This document shows, in pieces, positions 11,751 through 24,285 of a DNA stretch of 64,000 bases. Source of the stretch: Lama guanicoe (taxonomy: Eukaryota); the NCBI GenBank assembly GCA_013239625.1, contig MU053994.1, positions 4,321,434 through 4,385,433 of the forward strand, read 5' to 3'. Under the pieces are notes generated by a model that was not told where the DNA came from, did no database searches, and worked only from the letters and a program-made list of their open reading frames with translations. How positions within the stretch are numbered: position 1 is the first letter of the stretch; each line of letters begins with the position of its first letter. The translations under genes were made by a program, and so were the position numbers.

Positions 11751-13219
11751 TTGTTTTCTGATTTTTTAGAATAGCTCTGTGTGGATTTGCTGATTTTCCT
11801 TTTGTTCATTTTTTGGTGTCATTGGAGCATTTCACAAGATTCCTAGTTTAGTGATAGCCTTTCTCTCAACATAACAAAGCCTGGGCACTTTAAGCAGATT
11901 TGTTAGTTTGTTTTGATGGAGGTTGGAAAGGCTGTATGTTTTCTGGTTTTATGATTCTCTTCTGCTTTATAGGACCCTACATCCCTCCATCTCCCCCTCA
12001 ACTACTTTTTTTCCTTTTTACCACCTAATTGCCAAGTGGAGTTTCTCTCTCCTCTTTATTGACTTTTTTTCTCATCCAGAAGTCTTGTGGTTTGAAGACT
12101 GCCCCCTTAAACCATAAGTATTTTTACATCCCTTCCTGTAATCCATATTCTGATCCATTCAGGTGCTCTTTTAGAATATTCAGACTTCAGGTGGACTTAA
12201 CCTTTCTGAGGCTGATTTTAGATCAGTTTTACACTCCTTCCCTAGCTTCCTTCTTCTGTCTTCCCAGTTTTTCTCCTCTTGCCTTATGGCTGGAGCGTGG
12301 AGGGTTAAGATGGCAGCATGGGAGATCCCAATGGAATTGATTTGTTATTTTTTTAATTTACATTTACTTTGAAGTTTTGGCATTTTATGTCTTTGGGTCA
12401 TGCCGGGGGCTTGGTTTCTGTGTAAATTTCCATCTCCCATGTTGTAATTCGGTATTGTTTGCAGAAGATAGAGTGGGAGACTGCTAGCTTGGTGGCCACT
12501 ATTGCCTTCAGCTATCCAGTTCTCTTTTTAATGCTTCCAATTACTTTTCCAATGTTTGTATTCTTTGTTAAATTGGCAGCTTCAAGAGGGCAGGGACCAT
12601 GTCTGTCTTGTTCTGTTCCATCCCCTTTGCCTAGTACATGTGCAATGACTACAGAGTCCACACAGCACTGGAAGTTCAAGTAATATCAGATTCAGAAGAT
12701 TTGAGTTTAGAGACTTAGCCTACATAGACCTTAGATTCTTTCTTTATTTATAACCAAGGATCTCACAGGATTGTTGCAGAAAAAGATCAAATATGAAAGT
12801 GCCTGATAATAACTGTTGTCCTGTTCATGCTTAGCTAACACCTAACACACACAAACACACCCCTCTGCATTAAGAACCTACACAACTTTCTTATCTCATG
12901 CAATCCTGAGCATGTAGTCATTACACTAAACCTTTCTAGTGTGTAAAATTTTCCAAATAATCTATCATCATTCTTTTCTTGTAAACAGAAGTGTCTCTTT
13001 CCTTATTTCCTAAGATCTAGCTTTAGAAAACTCTTCCATCTTCTTACTTTTATAAAAAAATGAACACGAATTAAAATGTTAGTGCATATTTTATGTTTTA
13101 TATAGGTAGGCAGCTTATGTTGATAGATGATGTTAATTTCCCCCCAAAAAAGCTGGTTACACTGAAAACCAACTTTTATCTTGAAATTTAGAAATTATTA
13201 TAGCTCTATTAGTAATAGT

Positions 13220-13542
13220 AACAATAATAATAACTAACTCGTATTAAGAGTTTTCTATATATCCACCATCATCTTTTTTCTTTTTTAATGGAGATACTGG
13301 GAATTGAACCCAGTACCTTGTGCATGCTAAGCACGAACTCTACCACTGAGCTAGTACTCTCCCCTATTTGCCACCATTTGAAATCCTTTAAAGTTATCAA
13401 CTAATTTAGTCCTCACAGTAATACTATGAGATAGATATTATTATTATTATCCTCATTACATAAATAAGCAAAGTAAGTTAAGTAACTTGCTGGGGGTCAC
13501 ATAGCTACGAAATGGTATAACCAGTATTTGAACCCTAGGTCA
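13220..13542 (-). mobile_element. MIR, interrupted by a SINE
   Basis: TTTAGTCCTCACAGTAATACTATGAG...GTTAAGTAACTTGCTGGGGGTCACATAGCTA...ATTTGAACCC. Confidence 0.75.
13273..13364 (-). mobile_element. Vic-1-like SINE, short form
   Basis: ATGGAGATACTGGGAATTGAACCCAG...CTACCACTGAGCTAG; poly-T; CCACCAT repeated on both sides. Confidence 0.85.
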
Positions 13543-16500
13543 AAAAATGTCATGAGTTAATTAGGCAAGTGGTAAAATACTACTTATTCAGGTAGACTCT
13601 TCTTTAACTCCTATTCAAGCTAAAATTTTCTAAGAAAAAGTAGATCTCAGGCAAATAAGATGGATTTACAATTACTCACAAGAGAGGCTTGAAATTTTCA
13701 ATTTCCAAGAAAAACTAGGGTTCTAAACTGCAAAGGGAGAGTCAGTGCTCAAAGGCAGAAGACTGGAAGAGAGAGAAGTGTAGACCGGGGACAGGCTGAG
13801 GGAACTCTAACAGTAGATAATAGTTGAATTTTTGTATCTGTCCATCCTCAAGGGGGAGTTCAACCTCTGTGAAATCTGAAATGCACAGCTTCAAGTCAGT
13901 CAATAATTAAGATGCTCTTATTTTTCACAGCAGTTCTTTGAGATTCTTTGACTTGGAAAACAAAGGAAGCAAAATGAAGTTAATGACTCTTTCAAGTCCT
14001 TCCATCAAAGGCTCCCAAATTATATCCATTGTATCAGTGACAAATGCCCCTCTTGGAACATCAGTTGCTGTGGGACACAATGATGAGGGGAAGGGAGGAA
14101 GCAGGAGATGCTCAGGCAAAGTGAGAAGGGCTAGTGTTCTTTGTTAGAAATGGTAAACATCAGTCTGTTATCACACTAAATAAATTTGAAATTTTTTTCA
14201 AAAAGTGTCGTAAGACTTTGTGATTTCAAGTTAATCTGAGTAGCAGCAAAATCTTATAAAAATGAACAGACTATATGAAACAAGTATTTTTATGCATCAA
14301 GAAGAACTTGAAAAACAGATGTCTTTTCCTAAGTATGCTGAACGTATTTTGGAGGTAGTCAGGGAACACGGGGAGGGAAGAGGTTTGTAGAAATTGTTCC
14401 AGATGAGGCAAACAGATAGGCTGACATGTCCATCTTTTGATATGTCTGAGACTGGTGAAAGAAAATACAGTTGTTTTGTTTTTGTTTTTGTTTTTCTTAT
14501 TCCCACTCCATAACAATTATTGAATTCTGTGATTTTGGAATTAAAGCATTTCATTAGCTACAGACCAGTCCCATTAACTCACTTCTGAAGCATACTTAGA
14601 ACTTGCCTGTAAGTAACAGGTCTCCATGATGGCAAACAGAAGCCAGTCAAAGCCCTCCTTCTCCTCCTTCTTTATCATGAAGACATGATAATTTGGTAAA
14701 GCTCTAGTGGTCATCAGATTTATGAAGGTCCTGTTAACCCACCTTGCCCTCCAGGGTACTGTGAATCTGAAAAAGAGAAGAAGGAAGAAAAGGTTTGAAT
14801 AGCTCATAAGATACATCTTTAATCTGATAAATAAGATTAATTGGATTTGGGGAATTAAAATACACAGAAAATGAACAAGAATGAGATTGGAAAACAGCAG
14901 CCATTTCACAGATTCCATATGGCGGTCACGTTTGGGATGAGTCTTTTTCATGAGTCCTGGGATAGTGGGAGATCTGACTTTTTACTTCTGTCCTTCGGTC
15001 CTGATTTTACGGGAATATTTGTTTACAACCAAACACAAAAGAGCAGACTACAGTTAGGACGCAAGACCCATTTTTGAGCAATAGCTCTTGAGTGGAAAAC
15101 TTAAATTTCCTTGTTAGAAGATAAGCACCCACTGAGGGATAGCTGTTGTGGAAAAGAAGTGAGGAGAAACTCAGTCAACACTCAGAGTTCAGTGAAGGTC
15201 ATTTCAGGATGACAATGGTGGGATATGAAGCTGTGTATTTGTAAACTAAGTTAATAAATGCATCTGCAAAGCTTACAGGCTGATCGTGACATAAATGCAT
15301 ATCCTTCCTCCAACCAAATGAGAGTTTATCACTCCACTCAGAAGGATTGCCTCTCCGAGTACTGACTCCAAGGAAGCCTACTCCCTGCTGGGTTGTCTCT
15401 GACAGGTATAAATGTTACCCTTTTCCATCCATTGTCCACTGATGACAAAAGGAAACTAATTAAGCATAATTTCCAGGCTTTCAGAGTTAAGGTCCCCTCA
15501 GTGGCCTGTGAATGACTTGCCAGTTTGGAATGATGCCAACTGTGTGTTGGCTCTGGGCAATGATCTGGCACGCGTATAAATTCCAGAGTTGATGGTGAAA
15601 TAATAGAGTCACAATTCGTGGGAAGCATATTTTTCTGTCCTGAAGAATGAAGTCCGTGCAGATGTGCTGTGAATGCATCTGTGTTCACTGCTTTTGTAAA
15701 TTCTCCTTAAGCCTCCTCCTAAATCCACAAAGTCTCTCAAAGCATTTCAAGTTTGTGGCATTTTCTATTATCCTTAAATGTGGTGTTTTCATGGCTTATT
15801 TACTTAAAGCCTCATTGTGCATTTGTGAAGAAATTTCTTGGCATGGTGTTTTAGTGATATCGTTAATTTCTCTGTATGAATAAATGCTCCCAAGATGGCT
15901 TCTTAGCAGCCACATACAAATACTCCCACTGTCCATTTCTCCAAATGGCAAAACTGATTTTGTTTATTTCTCTTACAGCATTTCTATTCTTACCATTCCA
16001 GAGAAGTCTGCCAGCTAAACAATTAACTGGTATTTAGTCTCATTTGCTTACTGTATTGTTGGATTTTGGGGCCCGCATTGGCCTGATCTTTAGTCTTGAC
16101 TCCACTATGTGCCCATGAACAAGTACCTGGTACATAGTAGATGCCCAATTAAAATTTATTCGATGAAATTAATGAATGGATTAATCTTATTATCTTATTG
16201 CTTGGATCTTAGGCTTGTGTCGATTACATACAGTGTAAAGACAATTTCAACAATTGTTCCAATGAATACCTTTGGGAAACTTGTCAGCGTGGAAGACCTA
16301 GAAATGGGTCTCGCTCCAGCCTTACCAAGGCATAGATGGTCCTGGCTGATGTACCTGCCTGGGATGCAGATGTAGCTTTAGAAACGAAACCTGATGCTAG
16401 CTGTGAGTGCTTAGAGCTGACATGTGATCCCTGAAATTGTGCACCATACTGATGAGCATGGGCAGGAATTGTCATCACAGCTCCCCCAGGGCACTGATGC

Positions 16501-17684
16501 TTGCATTATTCCTGTCGGTAAGGAGACTATTAAAGAGTTAAGTTTGTAGGACACTTGGTTGTAACTGCGTTCCTTTACAGACAGGTCGTTTCTCTAGAAG
16601 CATTGCATGTGCATAATCCTCTTTATGAATTGCAAACAATTACTGGTTTTCATGCTTCAACAGTTTTATCTGCTTTGGCCCAATTAAACTTGGCAGGATA
16701 AATATTTGAGAGGGAGAGGTGTATGGTTTTATAGGTAAATCTGTGCACATTGCTTCTTACTGAGGTTAGTTGTGTACAAAGTGCTTTTCATGTTAACAGC
16801 ACGCCCAGCACTTCCCTGAAACTTTATCAAACGGGTTAAATGACACTCCTTGTACTAAGCCTTCCAGCATATATTTTAGAGGTTTACTGCCCGATTGTTT
16901 CTAAATAATGCATTTAACAGAAGGAGGGAACCATGTTGAATTCCTCCAAGAGTATCACATATTTAGATACAGTCAACCAAGCTCCATATTCAGAAGTCTA
17001 TACTTAGATCCCAGCTGTTTGTTTTGACTTCTAATTCATAGTTACTCACTGAATGGGTTTTTGCAACAGGAGATGAAAGAGGGTTTTGTTTGCTTATATA
17101 TTATCTGTATATAAGGGTTTTCCTTACTTTTCATTGAGGAAGTTAAATTCCTTTTAACGATGATGAGATTTTTTTTTTTTTTACTAAACTCAGCTGGTTT
17201 TGTCTTTTTTTCTGCTCAGAAAATGAGCACTATTTCCTACGTATTACAAAGGTCGAATATTATAATTTTAATATCATCACAAAATGGGATCATATTTTTG
17301 AAACATTGCCATGTATTTGCACATCCTTCAACTAGACTCCTGCTTATTGGAGCAGCGGAGTTTCAGTGTTTCAGGGGAAAGGTCGATATACCCATGAGGA
17401 GAACTCTGCCATTTCCTCTGTATCAAGGGTCAAATTAAAATTTTATTTGCATTCCTAGGAAAACAATAAGCTTGCAAATCATGCTTCGGGGAGTGGGAGA
17501 AAATTTCATAAATTGCTTTAGCATATCAAAGATCCAGCATGGAAAGCTCTTGGCAGATATTTCTGGTGTTCACTGATAGTCTATTTTCCTTCTTGAAGTT
17601 AGTGAGGCTATGTATCTACTGGCTAATGGAGCATGTGCAGAAGTAATGAATGTCTCTTCTGGACTAACAGTGAAATACCTGTTC

Positions 17685-18440
17685 AACTTTCCCTGTCAAT
17701 GGTGAGCCTTGAGTGGTGCATTAAAATGGTGGAGCTGTCTATTTACAATAGCCAAGACATGGAAACAACCCAAATGTCCGTTGAGAGATGGCTGGATAAA
17801 GAAGATGTGGCATATTTATACAATAGAACAGTACTCAGCCATAAAAAAGAATAAAATAATGCCATTTGCAGCAACATGGATGGACCTGGATATCATCATT
17901 CTAAGTGAAGTAAGTCAGAAAGAGAAAGAAAAATACAATATGATATTGCTTATATGTGGAATATTAAAAAAAAAAAAGGACACAAATGAACTTATCCACA
18001 AACCAGAAACAGACTCACAGACATAGAGAACAAACTTATGGTTACCAAGGAGTAAAGGGGGTGGGTAGGGATAAATTGGAAATTGGAAATTTGTATCTCT
18101 TGAGGAATAATGGAAATGTTAGCTATCTTGATTGTGGTGGTGTTTTCATTGGTGTATACATCTATCAAAATTCATCAGATTGTACAACTGAAATATGTGT
18201 AGCTTTCTGTACAGCAATCATACCACAATAAAGGTGTTTAAAAAAAGTGAAATAAAATGGTGGAGCTGCAAGATTGAAGCAGCATACATTACTGGGTTAT
18301 CTCATGAAAGACAGTTGCACTGGAGTGTCACCTGACCTACAGGAGAATTTATGTGTTGAAGAAATAAACTTCATGTGTTAATCTGGTCAAAACTCGGGGG
18401 TTGCTTATTACTACATCATAACTCAATTCTATTTTGACTA
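17685..18440 (+). mobile_element. Old MLT1 (J/K-like) LTR fragment hosting the L1 chimera
   Basis: AAGATTGAAGCAGC...GAAGAAATAAACTTCATGTGTTAA...GGGGTTGCTTATTACTACATCATAACT. Confidence 0.55.
17738..18252 (+). mobile_element. Chimeric L1 insertion: young L1 segment (17738-18093) plus old L1M 3' end (18094-18252)
   Basis: Perfect 16-bp TSD TAAAATGGTGGAGCTG at 17722-17737 and 18253-18268; ORF2 C-terminal peptide TIAKTWKQPKCP..WIKKMWHIYT; AATAAA at 18227-18232. Confidence 0.8.
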
Positions 18441-20106
18441 TAAGAGCCTCAGATCATTGTATTTTCTTCCATGAGGTGGGAAAAAAATATCTCTTCTGCT
18501 GTATGAAGACCAGGATATGAGTTTTACTGCTCCAGAAATAGGAGAAATGAAAGACACTGAGCCTACCTTTTCTGAATGGAGGGATGAGAGGACAAAGAAG
18601 GGAGACAAAGGGAGATCATGAAAGGCAAGCATGGGTGAGGGCTTCTGTTTAACCACTTCTCAGTGTTGGTGTGGTAGAGCAGGACTATAGATGTTTGGAT
18701 TCTTCCAAAGCCTTCTTCTTTGTCAATTTCACTTCCCATTTCTCATCAAGTGTGTTTACTTTTCTCATTCAATAATTTAAATGTACTCCTCCCCGGCCCT
18801 GGAGTTTTTATTGTTGCCCTTCCACAATCCTATTTAATACTCCTTTTAGTCCCGATGGTTATAAACACTCATTGGTATTCACTTTAGACACATGCTCCAA
18901 TGGAACAGAAGCACTGCCTTCCAAAACTGGCTTCAAAAGATGGTTTACTTGGATAAAGTACAGTCAGTGTATGTCCAAACTCCTTGATTGCTGGAATCAG
19001 TCATTTTACTTTCTCTACACGCTTTAGTGTCTCTGACCAAGATAACAATTTCCATTTGCCTTTCCTCTGAATACATTTGCAAAATTTTCCACTAACCAGC
19101 ACGTTCCATAGCATTCTTAACATTCTCAATGTTTCCTGGGTAAGATTCCCTCCTCTATTATTATGATGCCCTCCCAGGATGTCTTACAAGTGCTATTTTC
19201 TAAATAGCATTTGATTTGGCCTTCACTACTTTGTTGATGTGCTTATAAGCACAGGCTTGTAGGTTGCTCGCTGCCGGTATGTAAACTAAGTTCTGATTTA
19301 GTCTGTTAATCTTATCTACACAGAAGCCAATGCTTTGCTTCCTCCAATTATAAGTTCGTTTTTTTTTAACCAGTTGTCATACATCTTCTTTACTTATCGC
19401 CAACCTAGCTTGCTGTAATTTTTGTGGTAATTACTCTATCTTGAATTGCCACTACAAACCTTTCGATCTCATTTAATAATATGTTTTATTTTAGTTATAA
19501 ATTGCACATGGCTTGAATATAATCTTGTATAAATCAATGCAGAGAAATATAGTTATCAGTACATAAAGATGAATTTAGGAGGCTTGAGAATTTGCTTCTT
19601 TCTGGTTTCATTTTCAGAAGGTAATTTTATTTCTGCTACTTAATAAATGAGATTAAACACCTATAACTGTATAGTAGGATATGGTGATGTGGATGTTGGA
19701 AAATACTGAAGTCCAGGTGATTAGGGTACCTCTTCAAAGAGGCAAGACTGGAATATTTTTTTTGTAACTGATAAAAGTTGAATTGTAACCAATTGCATTG
19801 TATTCAATCTGAATAGAGGGGGGTAAAGTGGACCTAGCAAGGAGGAGTAAAAAAAAAATATGTCCAAAGAGGGCGACACACTGGACCTGAGGGAGATGTT
19901 TCTATTCCAATCAACAAATAAATTTTGGTGCGCTATGCTTGCCTGACCCACTACAGTAGATTTATTCATGGCCAGAACTATCCATCTCCTTTGGCTCTAA
20001 GTTCATGCTGACCACACAACTTTAATTACTATTTTGGTTTCCCAGAGACCTTGATACAAAGTAGGAGATGCACTGGACCATGGAGATGAGTGTTTGAGTT
20101 ATGGAT

Positions 20107-20242
20107 AAAGTGACCATATGTCCTGCTTTGTCCTGGACAATCACAGTTTGTATCTCTTGTCCTGGTTTAATTGTTAATAGTCCCCATTTTAAAAAATCTT
20201 AAAAGAGTTGCAGTTTGGACAATAAATCATGTGATTATTCTA
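20107..20242 (+). mobile_element. MER94-like hAT (Blackjack) MITE
   Basis: GTGACCATATGTCCTG...GTCCTGGTTTAATTGTTAATAG...GTTTGGACAATAAATCATGTGATTATTCTA; degenerate terminal inverted repeats. Confidence 0.7.
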
Positions 20243-22039
20243 GTTTATGGGTAATTCCTTAGCAATGAATTTCTTTGAATGTAATTTATACACCAGCCTC
20301 TTTTAAGTTTGGTTATGTGTCCCTGACATCCTGATCAGCATAGAACAAACTGATAAACTAATCTGCTAGATCGGAAAATATGAGGAACAGATTCCAAACT
20401 TTGGGATTGCACCAAGATGGTGCCACCCTGTGAAATCCTATATGATCTCTTCTTGGACATCTTGAATTCATTTCTCAGTTTCCTGAATGTGAAATTATGG
20501 TGGGCTTGCTTATAAATTTTTCAGCTAGGTTACACTTAACTTTCTAGGTAATTACAAGCTTCTCGGTTGTCATAAGAGATTTTAAGATGTAAGGAAGTTC
20601 TTAAAATTAATTGTAGCTCTCTTGAAGGGTCTCAAGAATGTTTGGAATCACTAGGAACAGGAGCCTGAGTTAGTGTGAGATGCTTGGGGAATGAACACCG
20701 TTAGAATTTCAACTCAGGGAAATGTCATGTAGTTGATGGCAGAAATGAGAATAAAATGTACAGATGGCAAAAACTATGTAACAGCTGAGAAAGGTGTTAA
20801 TTCCCCCCCCCCAAAATACTTGTCCCATCACTGAATACTTTGGTTGCCTAAGGTGTACACTGTTGTCCTGATGATACTTAGAAACTACTCTGGTAGAATT
20901 CATAAGGACTCGTGCATCCAGCAATTCCCAAGGGTAAGCAGGACTAAGACCTAAGCAGCAGCTGTGCCCTAACCAGCCTGTGGTACATCTCTTGGCTACT
21001 GCTACCAATGGTTATGATATTCTTTGCCTTGTGGATAGATATAAAAGATAAATTAATATTTCTGGTTATTATTACATAGATTTTTTTGAGGACCTTGTCA
21101 CAGTCATAACACAGAATAAAATAAGGCTACTATAAACCTACCACTTGAGTTACGTACTGTTTAAGCTACAAACTCATTATTCTAGAAAGCATATGTGAGA
21201 TAGGGTTATTCTTTTAATTGTTAGCCCTTTTTTGTCTTGTATGTCTGGTTTACCCAGAATTATTTAGACTCTATATATTTAAAGTAAATCCATTAAATAC
21301 AAAGGAATTTTTCTCCATAATATGCTCAAATGTAAACTGAACATTACCTTCTTTCTTTAATTACAATGTGATGATTCCTCTTAACTTCTGGAAACAAGAT
21401 CATAATCGTGATCATGATTGTGACCAATGATTTTAAATAATGGGAGGATAAGAAATGGCTTGTTTATTGCAACTGGTCAGCCATTTACGCAGAGATGAAA
21501 TAGTCTAAATTTCCTTTTCACTCCTCAAGTGTACCTGCTGACTTTGCACTATTGGATAGGAACAAATTGTACTTCCAGCTCCATGTCTACTGTCATACAA
21601 ATGCATGCCATTAATCATGACGAAGCAGGCAATGAATGGCAATACAAACTTAGAATGGTCTCCTGTATGTGTGACAATTACATCTACTTCATATGGCCTA
21701 GATGGCTTTAAATAGCTTATCTGCATTATTTCTGTCTCTCTTTGTTCTTTTCCCTTTTATCTATTTCCTTTTTATGTGACCAAAGACACCATTACTGAAA
21801 ATCTGGAAAACTGACTCTGAATAATAGAAGCATAATCAGTAAGTCCAATCAATACTGATGGTTTCTGTTAGTGCTAAAGATCCAATTTATTCTGAAGTCC
21901 AACTCTTGTATTAATCTTTGAATTTATTTATTTTTTTGCTGAAAAAGCAAATGATTTTTATTTTTTAGCAAAACATCAACTTTAAAACTAGCTTTTTTGT
22001 GAAATAATTATTTCTTATTTAAAAAGTAACATATTCCTA

Positions 22040-24110
22040 TGGTAAAATATTGTCATTGTATGCAGATAACATAACACTATTTATTTAAAAAACCCTAAAG
22101 ACTCCACATAAAAATTACTAGAGCTGATAAATGAATTCAGCAAGGTAGCAGGATACAAGATTAGCATACAGAAATCTGTTGCATTTCTTTACACTAAAAA
22201 TGAGCTATCAGAAAGGGAATGTAAAAAAACCAATTCCTTTTAAAATCACATTAAAAAAAAAAAACTTAGGAATCAACCTGACCAAGGAGGTGAAAAATGT
22301 ATATGTTGAGAACTATAAAACATCAATAAAGGAAATTGAAGATGATTCAAAGTAATGGAAAGATACCCCACACTCTTGGGTTGGAAGAATTAATATTGTT
22401 GTAATGGCCATACTACCAGAAGCAATCTACAGATTTAATGTGATCCCTATCAAATTACCCAGGACCTTTTTTACAGGACTAGAACAAATACTCTAAAATG
22501 TATATGGAAACATAAAAGACCTAGGATTGCCAAAGAAATCCTGAGGGAAAAAAAATAAAGCTGGAGGCATAACCCTTCCAGACTTCAGACAATACTACAA
22601 AACTACAGTAATCAAAACAGCATGGTATTGACACAAAAATAGACAAGTGGATCAATGGAACAGAATAGACATCCCAGAAATAAACCTACAAACCAATGAT
22701 CAATCAATCTTTGACAAAGGAGGCAAGAATATACAATGGAGGAAAGACAGTGTCTTCAGCAAGTGTTGTTGGGAAAGCTGGACAGCTGCATGTAAATCAA
22801 TAAAGTTAGAACACTCCCTCACACCATACACAAAAATAAACTCAAAATGGCTTAAAGATAAATATAAAATATGACACCATAAAACTCCTAGAAGATAACA
22901 TAGGCAAACATTCTCTGACATAAATCATAGCAATGTTTTCTTAGGTCAGTCTCCCAAGGCAATAGAAATAAGAGCAAAAATAAACAAATAAGAGCTCATC
23001 AAACTTTGCACAGCAAAGGAAACCATAAACAAAACAAAAAGACAACCTACAGAATGGGAGAAAATATTTGCAAATAATGCAACTAACAAGGAATTAATTT
23101 CCAAAATATACAAACAGCTCATGGAACTCAATATCAAGAAAACAAACAACTCAATTAAAAAATGGGCAGAAGACATAAACAAACATTTATCTAAAGAAGA
23201 CATGCAGATAGCCAGTAGGTGAAAAAATGCTCAACATTGCTAATTATTAGAGAAATGCAAAGCAAAACTACCATGAGATATCCTCTCACACCAGTCAGAA
23301 TGGCCATCATCAAAAAGTCGATGAATAACAGATGCTGGAGAGAATGTGGAGAAAAGGGAACCCTCCTACACTGTTGGTGGGAATGTAAATTGGTGTAGTA
23401 ACTATGGAAAACAGTATGGAGGTTCCTTAAAAAACTAAAAATAGAGTTAGCACATGATCCAGCAATCCCACTCCTGGGCATATATGCAGAGAAAACTCTA
23501 ATTCAAAAAGATACATGCACCCCAATATTCATGGCAGCATTATTTACAATAGCCAAGGCATTGAAGCAACCTAAATATCCGTCAAGCTATGACTAGATAA
23601 AGAAGTTACACACACACACAAACACACACACACACACACACAATGGGATACTACTTAGCCATAAAAAAGAATAAAATAATACCATTTGCAGTAACGTGGA
23701 TGGACCTAGAGATTATCATACTAAGTGAAGTAAGTCAGAGAAGGACAAATACCATATGGTATCACTTGTATGTGGAATCTAAAGTATGATACAAGTGAAC
23801 TTATTTACAAAACAGAAACAGACTCACAGACATAGAAAACAAACTTATGGTTACCTAAGGGGAAAGGGGGTGGGGGAGGGATAAATTAGAAGTTCGGGAT
23901 TAGGAGATGCAATCTACTATATATAAAATAGATAAACAACAATGCCCTACTGTATAGCACAGGGAACTACATTTAATACAGGCAATATACCATAATAAAA
24001 AAGAATATGAAAAACATATATGTATATATATCACTGAATCACTTTGCTGTATATCAGAAAATAACACAATATTGTAATCAACTATACTTCAATAAAATTT
24101 TTGAAAACAA
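22040..24110 (+). mobile_element. 5'-truncated, defective lineage-specific L1 (ORF2 RT C-terminal half to 3' UTR)
   Basis: ORF2 peptide [12 protein letters not shown]...[25 protein letters not shown]...[14 protein letters not shown]; multiple stops and frameshifts; ends AATCAACTATACTTCAATAAA; (CA)n at 23608-23642. Confidence 0.95.
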
Positions 24111-24147
24111 TTTAAAAAGCTATGATTAAGAAGGTGAAATCACACAA

Positions 24148-24185
24148 CTCTCTATATATATCTATCTTTCTTTATATATAGATAC

Positions 24186-24218
<33 letters not shown>

Positions 24219-24285
24219 GACATATATCTCTATATCTATCTATCTATCTATCTATCTATCTAGAGAGAGAGAGTAAGAGAGAGAG
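24148..24285. repeat. Compound microsatellite (CT)n(AT)n(CTAT)n(AG)n
   Basis: Directly visible. Confidence 0.95.
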
